Positions 8,701 through 17,481 of a stretch of 64,000 bases of DNA are shown here, in pieces. The number at the start of each line of letters is the position of its first letter. The first letter of the stretch is position 1. Source of the DNA: Candidatus Bathyarchaeota archaeon (GTDB taxonomy: Archaea; Thermoproteota; Bathyarchaeia; TCS64); assembly GCA_016783455.1 (NCBI GenBank), contig JADHWN010000004.1:27541-91540 (forward strand). The letters are read 5' to 3'. Below the pieces are notes generated by a model. The model saw only the letters and a list, made by a program, of their open reading frames with translations, had not been told where the DNA came from and made no database searches. The position numbers were made by a program, and so were the translations under genes.

Positions 8701-11409
8701 TGTGGGCATCCGCCTCTGGGGCACCAGCCTGGTCAGCCTCCTGCTCCTGTTGATCCATGGGGAGAGGGAGTCGTTGAGCCTCCTGCTGGCGGAGAGCAGC
8801 TCCTCACTGGGCTTCGTACCCACGACGAGGTTGTCCCTGAGCTCCTTGGGCGCCCTCGACCTTCCCATGAGCCTCAGGGCGTTCTCGGCGACACCGAGGG
8901 CCTTCTCGGCTGATTCGAACGTTGGCTCATCGCCGGTGAAGTAGGATCTCAGGAGCCTCTGGCCTTCCTCACGCTCGTCTGCCAGCCTCCTTTCGAGCTC
9001 GACCAGCTCCTTGGCTGCCCTGAGATCGTCTAGGATGCTCTCCGGGATGCTCCCATCTCTACGGGTCTTCGTGACTGTGCCCCGCATGCTGTAGTAGCTC
9101 GGCATGAGGTGCCTGAACACGGAGCCTCCGGATCCCTCGAAGAAGGCTATCAGGCCATCCAGGTCGAGTGTCAGGAGATCCTCGCTGTACTCCTTGAGCA
9201 TCTCCCGGAGCTCGGCTCTTCGAGCGTGAGCCTCCTTCAGGCTCTCCAGGAGCCCCTTTGCCTCCCTCAGCCTGTGCGCGTCCAGCCAAGCCCTCTCCGG
9301 CCTGTCCCCCTCCTCGCAGAGTATGGCAAGGTCCGCTATCTGGCGCACCTTCTCGATGGTCTCGACGTCCCCCTTCAGGCCCAGGAGGTCCTTCAGCTGT
9401 TCAGCGTCGGATTTCCACCTCCAGACGTCCCCCGGGAGCCTGCGGACGTAGTCGCCGAGCTCCCCCATCTGCTTGAGGAGCCCCCCGTCGCCCTTACTCG
9501 TCCGTGCCAGGAGCTCCTTCAGGCTGGACCACTCGGCCTCCACCCGTTCTGCGGTGCCTTGGGGGAGCGCGAGGAGCCTGCTGTCGTAGTGCCTCTCCAG
9601 CCCCCTCCTTGAGGTCCAGTACCTCTCCCAGTCCCCCCTGTGCTCCCGCGCTGTCTTCCGCATGGCCTTGAGGTCGACGTCGTCGAACCACGTGGAGGGG
9701 GGCCTGGGCGTGGCGTCGATGATCTCGGACAGCCTCTGGAGCCTCTCGAACTCCTCTTGGGTACTCGGTGTGGGGAGGCCGAGGGCCTCGGTGTAGTCCT
9801 TAGTATCTTTCTCGATCGACTGTATGATCGTGAGGACGCCATCCAGTTTGGAGATCCAGTCTGAGCGGGTCTCCGGGGTGAACCTGGTCTCCTTGCAGCC
9901 CTTCCACGGGAATCTGTCCCCCTCCTCCACCACCGCCCATGAGTTGGCCAGCCTCCGGAAGCTCTCCTCGAGCTGGAAGAACCGCCTCTGGTCGAGCTCC
10001 CCTAGGTGGGGATACTCCGATGGGATGAAGGGGGACTCCTCGACCCTGGCGAGGCGCCCCAGGAGCTGGAACGCGGAGAGGTCGACGGGGCTGCGGACCC
10101 TGTGGAGGGCGCTGACGTAGATGTTGAGCTGGTTCCTCCTCATGATTAGGCGGTCCAGCTCCTCGTCGGTGAGTCCCTTCCTCGTCCGGATGTGCTCGTC
10201 CAGGGACCTCTTGAGCTCGGCGACCACCTCCCTCTTGTTGGCCTTGTGGCTGTGGAGCTCCAGGCAGAAGTCGTCAAGGTTCCGGGCCTTCAGCCTGTTA
10301 TACACCACCTCAAGGGCCGCCATCTTCTCGGAGACGAAGAGGACGCTCTTCCCGTGGGCGATGAACTCGGAGATCATGTTGGCGATGGTCTGGCTCTTCC
10401 CGGTGCCTGGGGGGCCGTGCATAACGAAGCTCTGGCCGTTGAGGGCGTACTGGATGCAGAGCTGCTGGCTGCTGTCGGCGTCCAGGACCTGGAACGTGGA
10501 CTTGGGGTCCACGACGGTGTCGAGGTCCCCCTCGGAGGGGAGCCCATCCTTCACGATGGGCGGAGGGGCGACCCCCGCGAGAGCAGAGATGACAGGATGC
10601 TTGGCTACTAGCTCGGCGTTCTCGTCGAGGTCCTGGTACATGACGAGCTTGTGGAACGAGAAGAGGCCCATTTGGACTGTGAGGTCCACGTTCCAACCCA
10701 GGGATTCCACTGCCTTCTGGACGGCCTCCAGATACTGGTAGATGCCCTGCTCGTCGAAGTCGGGGAGCGGGGGGAGGCTCAGCTTGTGGTCGTTCTCCAG
10801 CATGAGCCTGAGGGCGGGGTTGAGGATGGCCTCGTCCTCCACGGCGGGGACCTCGATCCTGTAGAGGTCCCTGGAGCTCCTCCGGGTTATCTCCACGGGG
10901 GTGAGGACGATGGGGGACCTAACGGGCTGCCTGGTCTTTGCCTCGGTCCAGTCGAGCATCCCGAAGGTCACGTAGAGGATCCGGGTGCCCCTCTCCCTGT
11001 ACTCCGAGGCGGAGCGCCTGGCCAGGTTCCTTAGGATGCGCTCAAGCTGGGCGGGCTCCGTCTCGACGGGGACGACCTGGGTCCTCTTGGGTTTCGACTT
11101 CCTGCCTGAGTTTAGTTGATCGTCCGATGGGGGCTGCCAGATCTCCCAGTGCCTGTCCTTGACGACGAGCCTCTCGAAGATGGCGTCCATCCCGGGACGT
11201 GAGAACTCGAGGTTGGAGCTCCTGGTGGGCCTGAAGTAGACGAGCCTGTTGCGCCTGCTGAGGTCGATGAGCTTCGTCTTCCAATCGTTGACCCGCCTTA
11301 TCGCCTTTGCCAGAGAAGCTGCGTTCAGAACCTTCTGCCCCCTATACACTTTAAATAAGAGTTTCCCGAGGAATAAGAGCTTTTTTCCAATTTTCTTCCC
11401 ATTAAACAC
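5779..11409 (-). CDS. giant SF1 (Upf1-like) helicase fused to a PD-(D/E)xK-like nuclease module (DUF4011 / AAA_11-AAA_12 / DUF559-like / DUF3320-like architecture)
   Basis: 1876 aa. N-terminal DLSRRNRLVYFRP, Walker A MHGPPGTGKSQT, Walker B VVFDEASQ and GDPKQLPPT. Nuclease-like FRVDIGVVD..IMCDGDTYKD..RDRDRLR..GWRIHRVWSPDW, followed by a long C-terminal tail. Confidence 0.85.
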   Translation of the reverse strand: MFNGKKIGKKLLFLGKLLFKVYRGQKVLNAASLAKAIRRVNDWKTKLIDLSRRNRLVYFRPTRSSNLEFSRPGMDAIFERLVVKDRHWEIWQPPSDDQLNSGRKSKPKRTQVVPVETEPAQLERILRNLARRSASEYRERGTRILYVTFGMLDWTEAKTRQPVRSPIVLTPVEITRRSSRDLYRIEVPAVEDEAILNPALRLMLENDHKLSLPPLPDFDEQGIYQYLEAVQKAVESLGWNVDLTVQMGLFSFHKLVMYQDLDENAELVAKHPVISALAGVAPPPIVKDGLPSEGDLDTVVDPKSTFQVLDADSSQQLCIQYALNGQSFVMHGPPGTGKSQTIANMISEFIAHGKSVLFVSEKMAALEVVYNRLKARNLDDFCLELHSHKANKREVVAELKRSLDEHIRTRKGLTDEELDRLIMRRNQLNIYVSALHRVRSPVDLSAFQLLGRLARVEESPFIPSEYPHLGELDQRRFFQLEESFRRLANSWAVVEEGDRFPWKGCKETRFTPETRSDWISKLDGVLTIIQSIEKDTKDYTEALGLPTPSTQEEFERLQRLSEIIDATPRPPSTWFDDVDLKAMRKTAREHRGDWERYWTSRRGLERHYDSRLLALPQGTAERVEAEWSSLKELLARTSKGDGGLLKQMGELGDYVRRLPGDVWRWKSDAEQLKDLLGLKGDVETIEKVRQIADLAILCEEGDRPERAWLDAHRLREAKGLLESLKEAHARRAELREMLKEYSEDLLTLDLDGLIAFFEGSGGSVFRHLMPSYYSMRGTVTKTRRDGSIPESILDDLRAAKELVELERRLADEREEGQRLLRSYFTGDEPTFESAEKALGVAENALRLMGRSRAPKELRDNLVVGTKPSEELLSASRRLNDSLSPWINRSRRLTRLVPQRRMPTTGKPMQRSPLEEVADWARQLDERLSSLSRVSAEALATRRGEHPGGFDELLEDLKRVEELQRFEARVEELSPSLRSHFGGLYRGILTDWGSVLGAVDWTEGLLRVLTDGVSGQLKRAVSEGGPALPAVPRVGERMEQLDGHIVELNSKFNSPLWPESRRRPALGDVHVRVRELRDRLDDLQTWVDYNDMNTALREAGLGKFLDKTLGQGVPRDQLVNVFQKAMYQGLLDRVFDVDPALSTFRGKDHEQLISDFGKLDRKFIQLSAGRVIENANEQKPTGVFVQAPDSEITILMREAAKKRRHMPLRHLFERIPSLIRRLKPCLMMSPISVSQFLIPGGLHFDLVVFDEASQIYSEDAVGSIYRGSQLVVAGDPKQLPPTPFFRYTVDEDFDWDEDKYEFDVFDSVLDECMSIGLPVKMLRWHYRSKHDSLISFSNDRFYDGRLVLFPASRMGAEDLGLEFVHVKDGVYDRGGRRNNVREAEVVTDLVFDHIARHPEKTLGVVTFSIAQMNMVQDTVEERLRDRPEFEDFFQEDRLNGFFVKNLENVQGDERDVMIFSVGYGYDGDGRITMNFGPLNKQGGERRLNVAVTRAREKVVLVSSIRHDDIKTESTRAQGVHALHHYLRYAEKRPKELDTGKPTDLSYASALETDVAEEVERLGYRAVPSVGSSSFRVDIGVVDPVDPGRFMLGIMCDGDTYKDAAMARDRDRLRTQVLESLGWRIHRVWSPDWVQRRTTEVKKLGRALRKAEDVQQAAKVEETPEEAEVEMAVETGKVAEASGNGLPEVTPYRFAKLEPKFLFSRYSSEHRERYLERYHSEVRRLLPGLVKAEGPIHVEQAFQRINDAFRLKRATQPFREAFQEEVRRVTRGSPITMRRSFLWPGSGGTVSVRVPVEGIGESFRPIEHIPVEEMRRAMVLVAGHSLGIGEETLVNETARLLGFKRRSDNISSTLRRVCADLKRARRITVSDDDVSMNY

Positions 11410-11506
11410 CGTTATTGAAGGAGAAAAAAGGAAAAAATATCGCTGGGGCGTCGCTGGACGCGATTAAACGTGTAATAATGGCTCCTGGGTTGATGGGGGA
11501 TTTATT

Positions 11507-12505
11507 TCAGCCCTTAAAGTGGTCCCAGCCCCCCTTCTCGATGGGCCTGGAGACCCCGTCTTCTACGTGGATTATCTCCTTCTCCTCGGTGGCTTCCCCT
11601 ATCTCGATGAGTGTGCAGCCCACTTTCCTGAGGGCGTCCCTGGCCTCCCCCAATTTCTCGGGGCTCACCGTGAACACGAGCTCGTACTCCTCGCCTCCGT
11701 AGAGGGCGAGCGCCCCGGGGTCGAGGTCGTTGTGCTCCGCGAACCTTCGGGCGTTCTGGGAGATTGGGAGCTGGGTAATTCTGAACCCGAGGCCGCTGCT
11801 CCTTGAGAGGTCGTAGAGGCTCCTGGCGAGGCCATCGCTGGAATCGATTGAGGACGTCGCGGCACCAGCCTCGGCCAGCGCCACCCCCTCCTCGACCCGC
11901 GCCCGGGGGGCGTAGACCGATCCCAGGATGCTCTCCCCGAGCTCCTTTGGGGCCTCGTATCCCTCCAGGAGCATCTTGAACGCGGCGGCCGTGTCGCCGA
12001 AGTATCCGGTGGTCGCCAGGACATCCCCGACCTTGCCCCCCTCGCGCTTGATGAGCGCCCCCTCGTCGGCGACCCCGATGGCGACCCCGCTGATTATGAT
12101 GTCGGCCGCCTCGTTGGTGTCCCCCCCGATGACGTATCCACCATACTCCCGCGCCCCCTCCTCGAAGCCCCTCGCGAGCTCCTCGACTGCCTCGACGGTG
12201 ATATCCCTGGGGAGGGCCAGGTTGGAGAGGAACGCCGTGGGGCGGACCCCCTTGGCGCCGAGGTCGCTGAAGTTCATGACCACGGCCTTCCGGGCGGCCT
12301 GGCGGTAGGTCATCCCCCGGGGGACATCTGTGCTCCAGACGAGCATGTCTGTGTTGAGGACAACGGCCCTCCCGTCGCCGAGGCTGATGGCCATGACGTC
12401 GTCCCAGAAGGGGATGGGCATCCCCGGCATCGGCGTGATGTGCCTGAGCATTATCTCGATGATCCCCCTCTCCCCTACATCGCCCGCGGATGACAACCCC
12501 TTCAC
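11507..12505 (-). CDS. thiL: thiamine-monophosphate kinase (AIR-synthase-related fold)
   Basis: 332 aa with GERGIIE, WDDVMAISL, NTDMLV and MNFSDLGAKG, a typical ThiL/PurM-like N-terminal domain. Confidence 0.75.
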   Translation of the reverse strand: MKGLSSAGDVGERGIIEIMLRHITPMPGMPIPFWDDVMAISLGDGRAVVLNTDMLVWSTDVPRGMTYRQAARKAVVMNFSDLGAKGVRPTAFLSNLALPRDITVEAVEELARGFEEGAREYGGYVIGGDTNEAADIIISGVAIGVADEGALIKREGGKVGDVLATTGYFGDTAAAFKMLLEGYEAPKELGESILGSVYAPRARVEEGVALAEAGAATSSIDSSDGLARSLYDLSRSSGLGFRITQLPISQNARRFAEHNDLDPGALALYGGEEYELVFTVSPEKLGEARDALRKVGCTLIEIGEATEEKEIIHVEDGVSRPIEKGGWDHFKG

Positions 12506-12616
12506 CGTAGATCATGAGGGGCGGATGAATGAGAAAACGTTTACTCGTAGGGGGCCCGGAAAAACGTATTATATGACCTCTGGTCCACTAACAAGATACG
12601 TTTTGAGGTGTCTGTG

Positions 12617-13768
12617 ATGAAGATTCTTGACGACATCAGGGTGCTGGACCTCTGCCACGTCTGGTTCGGCCCGTGGAGCACGATGATGCTCGCCGACATG
12701 GGGGCGGAGGTCATCCGGATCGAGCCTCCGTGGGGGGCCATTGACAGGGCGGCGGAGGGGGCGCTCTTCGGGGGCTCCAGCTACACTTTCCACCATCTGA
12801 ACCTCAGCAAGAAGGACCTGACCCTCAACCTGAAGGAGCCGGAGGGGCTGAAGGTCTTCAAGGAGCTTCTCAAGGTCTCGGACGTGGTGGTCCAGAACTT
12901 CAGCCCGGGGACCATGGAGAGGCTCGGGCTGGGCTACGACGTTCTCAGGGAGGTGAACCCAAAGGTCATATACGCCGCCCTCTCTGGGTTCGGTCAGACA
13001 GGCCCCTACTCGAGCCGGGGGTCGTACGCTCCCATCGCGGAGGCGATGAGCGGTCATACGAGGCTTACGGGTGATGGGCTGGACCCCGAGGGCCCCCCCG
13101 TCGGGATGGCTCAGGCTTACGGCGATCTTGGTCCGGGCACGATGGCGGCGATGTCCATCCTCGCGGCTATCAGGTACAGGGATAGGACGGGTAAGGGGCA
13201 GATGCTCGATGTTGCTCAGCTCGACTGCATGGTGGCGTACAACACGGGAGTTACCGGCTTCCTGCTCTCCGGGATGAAGCCGTGGGAGCTGAGGAAGAAG
13301 TACCCCATGGGCCGGGGGATGGGCGGGCTCTTCCAGGCCGGTGACGGTGGCTGGGTCTACCTCGCCGGGTTCAACCCGAGGGCGATCGATAGGCTTGCGA
13401 AGTATCTCGGCGTAGAGGAGGTCACCCGTGAGCTCATCGAGGGGAAAGTGAAGGGCATGGCCCGGGACGAGGCTGTGGAGCTCTTCGTGGATGCGGACAT
13501 ACCTGTGGCCCCGGTCTACCACGTCGACGAGGTCGTGGAGGACCCCCACGTGAAAGCTCGGGACATGTTCGTCAAGGTGGAGCACCCGAAGGCCGGGGAG
13601 ATAACGGCGATCAACTTCCCTGTGAAGTTCTCTGAGAGCCAGCCCGAGGTGAGGAACGCGTCCCCTGTCATCGGCCAGGACAGCCGCGAGGTGCTCATGG
13701 ACGTGCTGGGGTACTCGGAGGAGAGGGTGATGGAGCTGGTGAGGTCTGGGGTCACCTCCCTCCCCTGA
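12617..13768 (+). CDS. CoA-transferase family III (CaiB/BaiF-type)
   Basis: MKILDDIRVLDLCHVWFGPWSTMMLADMGAEVIRIEPP is the family signature. I prefer the ATG at 12617 over the GTG at 12608. Confidence 0.85.
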   Translation: MKILDDIRVLDLCHVWFGPWSTMMLADMGAEVIRIEPPWGAIDRAAEGALFGGSSYTFHHLNLSKKDLTLNLKEPEGLKVFKELLKVSDVVVQNFSPGTMERLGLGYDVLREVNPKVIYAALSGFGQTGPYSSRGSYAPIAEAMSGHTRLTGDGLDPEGPPVGMAQAYGDLGPGTMAAMSILAAIRYRDRTGKGQMLDVAQLDCMVAYNTGVTGFLLSGMKPWELRKKYPMGRGMGGLFQAGDGGWVYLAGFNPRAIDRLAKYLGVEEVTRELIEGKVKGMARDEAVELFVDADIPVAPVYHVDEVVEDPHVKARDMFVKVEHPKAGEITAINFPVKFSESQPEVRNASPVIGQDSREVLMDVLGYSEERVMELVRSGVTSLP

Positions 13769-13817
13769 GGCTCCACCGATTTTCTTAATTAGTGGCGTGT
13801 TTTCATATGGTTGCAGT

Positions 13818-13890
13818 GCCCCGGTAGCTCAGAGGCCAGAGCGGCAGCCTCGTAAGTTGTTGGCCGCGGGTTCAAATCCCGCCCGGGGCT
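13818..13890 (+). tRNA. tRNA-Thr (CGT), CCA not encoded
   Basis: Hand-folded cloverleaf: acceptor GCCCCGG/CCGGGGC, D arm GCTC/GAGC, anticodon loop CTCGTAA, T arm GCGGG-TTCAAAT-CCCGC, discriminator T. Confidence 0.9.
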
Positions 13891-13915
13891 CCGATCTCGT
13901 TCAAGCCTCTCCCTT

Positions 13916-14158
13916 CTATCCGCCAGCTACAGGCGGGAATATGGCGACCCTGTCCCCCTCCGATAAGATGTGCTCATATCCCCTTGACAGACCATTAACA
14001 AAGACCCTTTTAACCTCGGCTTCGGGCAGTCCCAGCCTTTCGAATATATGCCTGATCGTGGCCCCCTCGTCCAAATCTAGTTCAATAGCCTCCCCAAGTC
14101 CCAGCTGGTGAACGTATCTCCTCAAAGCTGCGTAGAGCCTGACGTCCACTTTGGCCAA
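13916..14158 (-). CDS. MoaD/ThiS/SAMP-like beta-grasp protein ending in Gly-Gly
   Basis: 80 aa. The C-terminus GDRVAIFPPVAGG is typical of a sulfur-carrier or ubiquitin-like modifier. Confidence 0.75.
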   Translation of the reverse strand: MAKVDVRLYAALRRYVHQLGLGEAIELDLDEGATIRHIFERLGLPEAEVKRVFVNGLSRGYEHILSEGDRVAIFPPVAGG

Positions 14159-14167
14159 GGCCCCTCG

Positions 14168-14452
14168 TCAACCCTCCTTCTTGAAATGCCACTTGTAGAG
14201 AAGCTGCATGTCATCGGGGAATATCCCCAGTCTGTCGCCATCTTTCACGGGCCTCGATGGATGTGAGTACTCCCCGTTCAGGAAGATGTTGCTGCCCACC
14301 TCATCCATGGGCATCCCTATGCGCTCGATGATGTCCCTGATTGTGTCCCCCTCGTATGCCGGGACGAGCAATGTTGACTCCCGCTTGGGGTCCAGGGTAT
14401 CCGTGAAGCGCCTCAGCTTCCCGTAGAGGTGTATCTCGATCATGACGGTCAC
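14168..14452 (-). CDS. beta-grasp paralogue of the preceding gene, without a C-terminal diglycine
   Basis: 94 aa that aligns by eye with the 80-aa neighbour (LYxxLRR, GxTIRxIxERxG, FxNG, GDRLGIFP). It ends in a 15-aa tail, DDMQLLYKWHFKKEG, instead of GG. Confidence 0.65.
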   Translation of the reverse strand: MTVMIEIHLYGKLRRFTDTLDPKRESTLLVPAYEGDTIRDIIERIGMPMDEVGSNIFLNGEYSHPSRPVKDGDRLGIFPDDMQLLYKWHFKKEG

Positions 14453-14495
14453 GATTTTCCATGCTAAAAAAAGGTGGGTTGGAGGTGATGCCCCT

Positions 14496-16235
14496 TTATC
14501 CTCTGTGGACCTTGTCGAGCTCCTCGTCGGGGACGTCGAAGACCGTGTTGTGCGGCGGGAGTTTTTCGTACTTCATGAACTCCGGGAGCCTGTCGTGGGC
14601 CTTGGTGAACCCCGCAGCTTTGTTGAACTCCAGCTCTTTGTCGAGTACCTCCCTGCCTATCCTAGCGATGTCGTCCGTCGTCCAGTCGGTGCCCAGCACG
14701 CCGTTGCAGCTCTCCACGGTACCTTCCAGGCCCTCAGGTATGTCGAGGACGGCGAAGGCGATGAACAGGCAGTAACCCGTCGAGTCTATGAAGGCCGTGG
14801 CCTCCTGGAACCCCCGTGCGAGGGCCGCCTTGTCCGCATCCAGGGGGTCGGCCTCGCCGCCCACGCCGAGGATCTCCGGCGCGATCGTGTAGCCCGCAGT
14901 ATGGTCTGCTCCCATCGTCGAGGTGGCGTAGACCATGCCTATGCCCTTCACGGCCCTGGGCTCGTATGCAGGCATGTTCTGCCCCTTGACCCCGGGCACC
15001 CGCACTACGCCGAAGACCTTACCCGTCGTGGCTGCGCCGCTGCCCAGAACATGGCCCAGGGGCGTCCCCTCGCCTATCTCTTTCATCAGCTCGATTGCCT
15101 TGGGGCCGTCTCCGAACTCCGCCAGCTGGGCCTCCATCGCGACCGCTATGGTCCCTCCGGCCTCTATGGTGTCTAGGCCGTAGTCGTTGCTCAGCCATAT
15201 CAGGTCAGCTATGGCGTCGAGGTCGTCGATCCCGCAGTTGGCGCCGAAGGCCCAATCCGACTCGTACTCTATGCATGAGACGTGCTCGGTGCCGTCAGGC
15301 CTGGGGTAGACGTTTGAGCACTGTATTATGCATCCGGGGTGGCAGGGGTGTCCAGTCTTGCCTGCGCCGCCCCTCTCATTGCAGATGTCGTGGATGGCCT
15401 CGCCAGATGTGGCTGCGGCGCCCTCGAACCGGCCCTCGCTGAAGTTCCTGGTGGGGTAGCCCCCGGCCTCGTTCATGATGTTCACCAGCACGGCGGTTCC
15501 GTAGGTGTTCAGCGAGCCCCCCGGCTTCGTGATGTCGTGGGTTGTCAATGCTTCGGTGAGCTTCTTAGTACCCTTCTTGAACGCGTCTTTGTCGACGATT
15601 TCGACGCCCTTAGCCCCCTTGTCATCGACGACAATGAACTTGAGCCCCTTGCTGCCGAGGACGGCGCCGAGGCCCCCCCGCCCTGCGTACCTGCTAGGAC
15701 GGTTGTCTATGTCGTTGAAGCAGATGCCAGCGCTAGACATCAGGCGCTCACCTGCTACGCCAATAGCCGATATGCCCACGTTCTCTCCAAACTTATTGAA
15801 GAGGAGCGGGAAGACCTCATGGAGGCCTTTGCCGGTCCACTCATCCGCGGGAAGGAACTCGGCTCCATCCTTGTCTATCTTGAGGAGCCAGAGCTTTTTC
15901 TCCTTCGGCAGGCCCTCGACCACTATCGCCTTGTATCCTAGCCGGGCGATCTTCTGGCTGAAGGCGGTGCCGGCGTTCGCCTCCTTGATGCCCCCTGTCA
16001 GCGGGGACTTGCCTCCCACAGAAATTCTCCCTGAGCTGGGAGCGTCGGTTCCTGTGACGATCCCGGGTGCGAAGACCACCTTGTTGTTTGGTCCCAGAGG
16101 GTTGCAGAGGGGATCTACCTCGTCGCAGACGATGTGATCCGTCAGCCATCGGCCGCCCATGTTTTTTACTTCTTCAGGAGCCTTCTCTTCTTTAGCTTTC
16201 AAATTTGACATATCGACTCGAAGAATTTTCTTCAT
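14496..16235 (-). CDS. aor: tungsten-type aldehyde:ferredoxin oxidoreductase
   Basis: MKKILRVDMS.., SGRISVGGKSPLTGG, EYESDWAFG and STMGADHTAGY match the AOR family in sequence and length. An alternative start lies at 16262. Confidence 0.9.
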   Translation of the reverse strand: MKKILRVDMSNLKAKEEKAPEEVKNMGGRWLTDHIVCDEVDPLCNPLGPNNKVVFAPGIVTGTDAPSSGRISVGGKSPLTGGIKEANAGTAFSQKIARLGYKAIVVEGLPKEKKLWLLKIDKDGAEFLPADEWTGKGLHEVFPLLFNKFGENVGISAIGVAGERLMSSAGICFNDIDNRPSRYAGRGGLGAVLGSKGLKFIVVDDKGAKGVEIVDKDAFKKGTKKLTEALTTHDITKPGGSLNTYGTAVLVNIMNEAGGYPTRNFSEGRFEGAAATSGEAIHDICNERGGAGKTGHPCHPGCIIQCSNVYPRPDGTEHVSCIEYESDWAFGANCGIDDLDAIADLIWLSNDYGLDTIEAGGTIAVAMEAQLAEFGDGPKAIELMKEIGEGTPLGHVLGSGAATTGKVFGVVRVPGVKGQNMPAYEPRAVKGIGMVYATSTMGADHTAGYTIAPEILGVGGEADPLDADKAALARGFQEATAFIDSTGYCLFIAFAVLDIPEGLEGTVESCNGVLGTDWTTDDIARIGREVLDKELEFNKAAGFTKAHDRLPEFMKYEKLPPHNTVFDVPDEELDKVHRG

Positions 16236-16383
16236 CTCAGATCTACCTTTTAGTTTGTCCACTTAGTAAAACACAGCACCTGTTTTTAAAGTTTCAATTG
16301 AATGATAAACAAGTTCTCGTGTGCAGTCACTTCAAAGAATGGTGGTTCAACGCAGGAAGACCGCTAGTGCTTTTTAATGTGAA

Positions 16384-16407
16384 GTTCGAAGCCTGCCCGG
16401 GGCTCCA
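16384..16407 (+). repeat. degenerate copy of the tRNA-Thr 3' end (T-loop to CCA), copy A
   Basis: GTTCGAAGCCTGCCCGGGGCTCC matches 13870-13892 at 20 of 23 positions. No 5' half is present upstream. Confidence 0.8.
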
Positions 16408-16542
16408 TACTATTTTCATAATTAACCTTTCTTTCAATGGTGAATTGAAAATCATTGAGGAAACCCATCGACATCCATGACTACAATACGAGATTGAAAA
16501 ACTCGCGCGCGTGATTTTATATTCCATATGCAGAGCTGCGGT

Positions 16543-17481
16543 TCACCTGCTAGACTTGAATGATGAGATGGTATCCCTTATCCGCTCATCGATCTCCTCG
16601 GGAGAGGGATTCAGCTCAGCGGCAGTGTAACTGCCATGGAGAACATCGACCCGCTCTAAGATCTGATCGTACAAGCTGTGGAGCACCTTGAGGCTGAGCG
16701 TGTATCTGGGCTCCAGATGGGGGCTGATCTTCTCCAGGGCATCCCTCGACTCACGCCCGTACCCCTCAGCCAGCTTGACATATCTCCCCATCAAACTCCG
16801 GAGGCCGGCGCTTACCTTCCCCCCGGCAGCTACCTCCCTCAGCTTCGATGTGTTCAGCCCATACTCGGCCATCAGGTCATCGCTGAAATAGTTCAGGTTC
16901 TCGTTCTGGTCCTTCTGGAAATCCCTGATGATGTGAACCAGGTAGCAGTACAGCGCTGTAGACCTGGAGACCTCCTGCGCGTCAAAGGGCGGAGGATGGT
17001 ACTCCCCATCCACCTTTCTAACCCCACAGAGGAACGTGAAGACTGAGCCCGGCGCGACCGCAGCCCCCTCAGAATATGTGAGAAAATCCTGGAACGTGCT
17101 GAACCCGCTGTGATAGATGTCGTAGATCATCGACTCCGCTAGTTTACGCCAGGGCCAGAGGGGGATACGGAATCTCTCCAAGGTCTCGGCCAGCCTCCTC
17201 TGATAGACGTCATTATTTTGGCCTTCCTCGATGGCTTGTACCCATTCGTTGACCCTGGACGCGAGATGCCCCCTCTCAGCCTCCGATGGTGTGCCACCCT
17301 GCGACTTCACGCCGTCTACTAAGTCGTCGATAGCCCTCATTGAGACGTAGCAGGTCTTGAAGGCATCATATCGGTCATCCTCCCAGAGGCGGGCTGCAAT
17401 ATCCAGGATAGGATTCTTGAGAACCTTCCTGAAGTCAAGCTCATCGGTGAAGGATAAATCATCTACACCCACAGAATCCAC
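16543..17481 (-). CDS. squalene/phytoene synthase family (head-to-head prenyl synthase)
   Basis: 312 aa with the first Asp-rich motif YVSMRAIDDLVD and a second motif IIRDFQKDQNENLNYF. GTG start. GC content is lower than in the neighbouring genes. Confidence 0.7.
   Translation of the reverse strand: MDSVGVDDLSFTDELDFRKVLKNPILDIAARLWEDDRYDAFKTCYVSMRAIDDLVDGVKSQGGTPSEAERGHLASRVNEWVQAIEEGQNNDVYQRRLAETLERFRIPLWPWRKLAESMIYDIYHSGFSTFQDFLTYSEGAAVAPGSVFTFLCGVRKVDGEYHPPPFDAQEVSRSTALYCYLVHIIRDFQKDQNENLNYFSDDLMAEYGLNTSKLREVAAGGKVSAGLRSLMGRYVKLAEGYGRESRDALEKISPHLEPRYTLSLKVLHSLYDQILERVDVLHGSYTAAELNPSPEEIDERIRDTISSFKSSR

Noticed and set aside
11514-12515. A 333-aa ORF on the same strand as thiL in another frame.
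   Set aside because: The product is an Arg/Gly/His-rich string with no motifs, whereas the overlapping frame has clear ThiL/PurM-like motifs.
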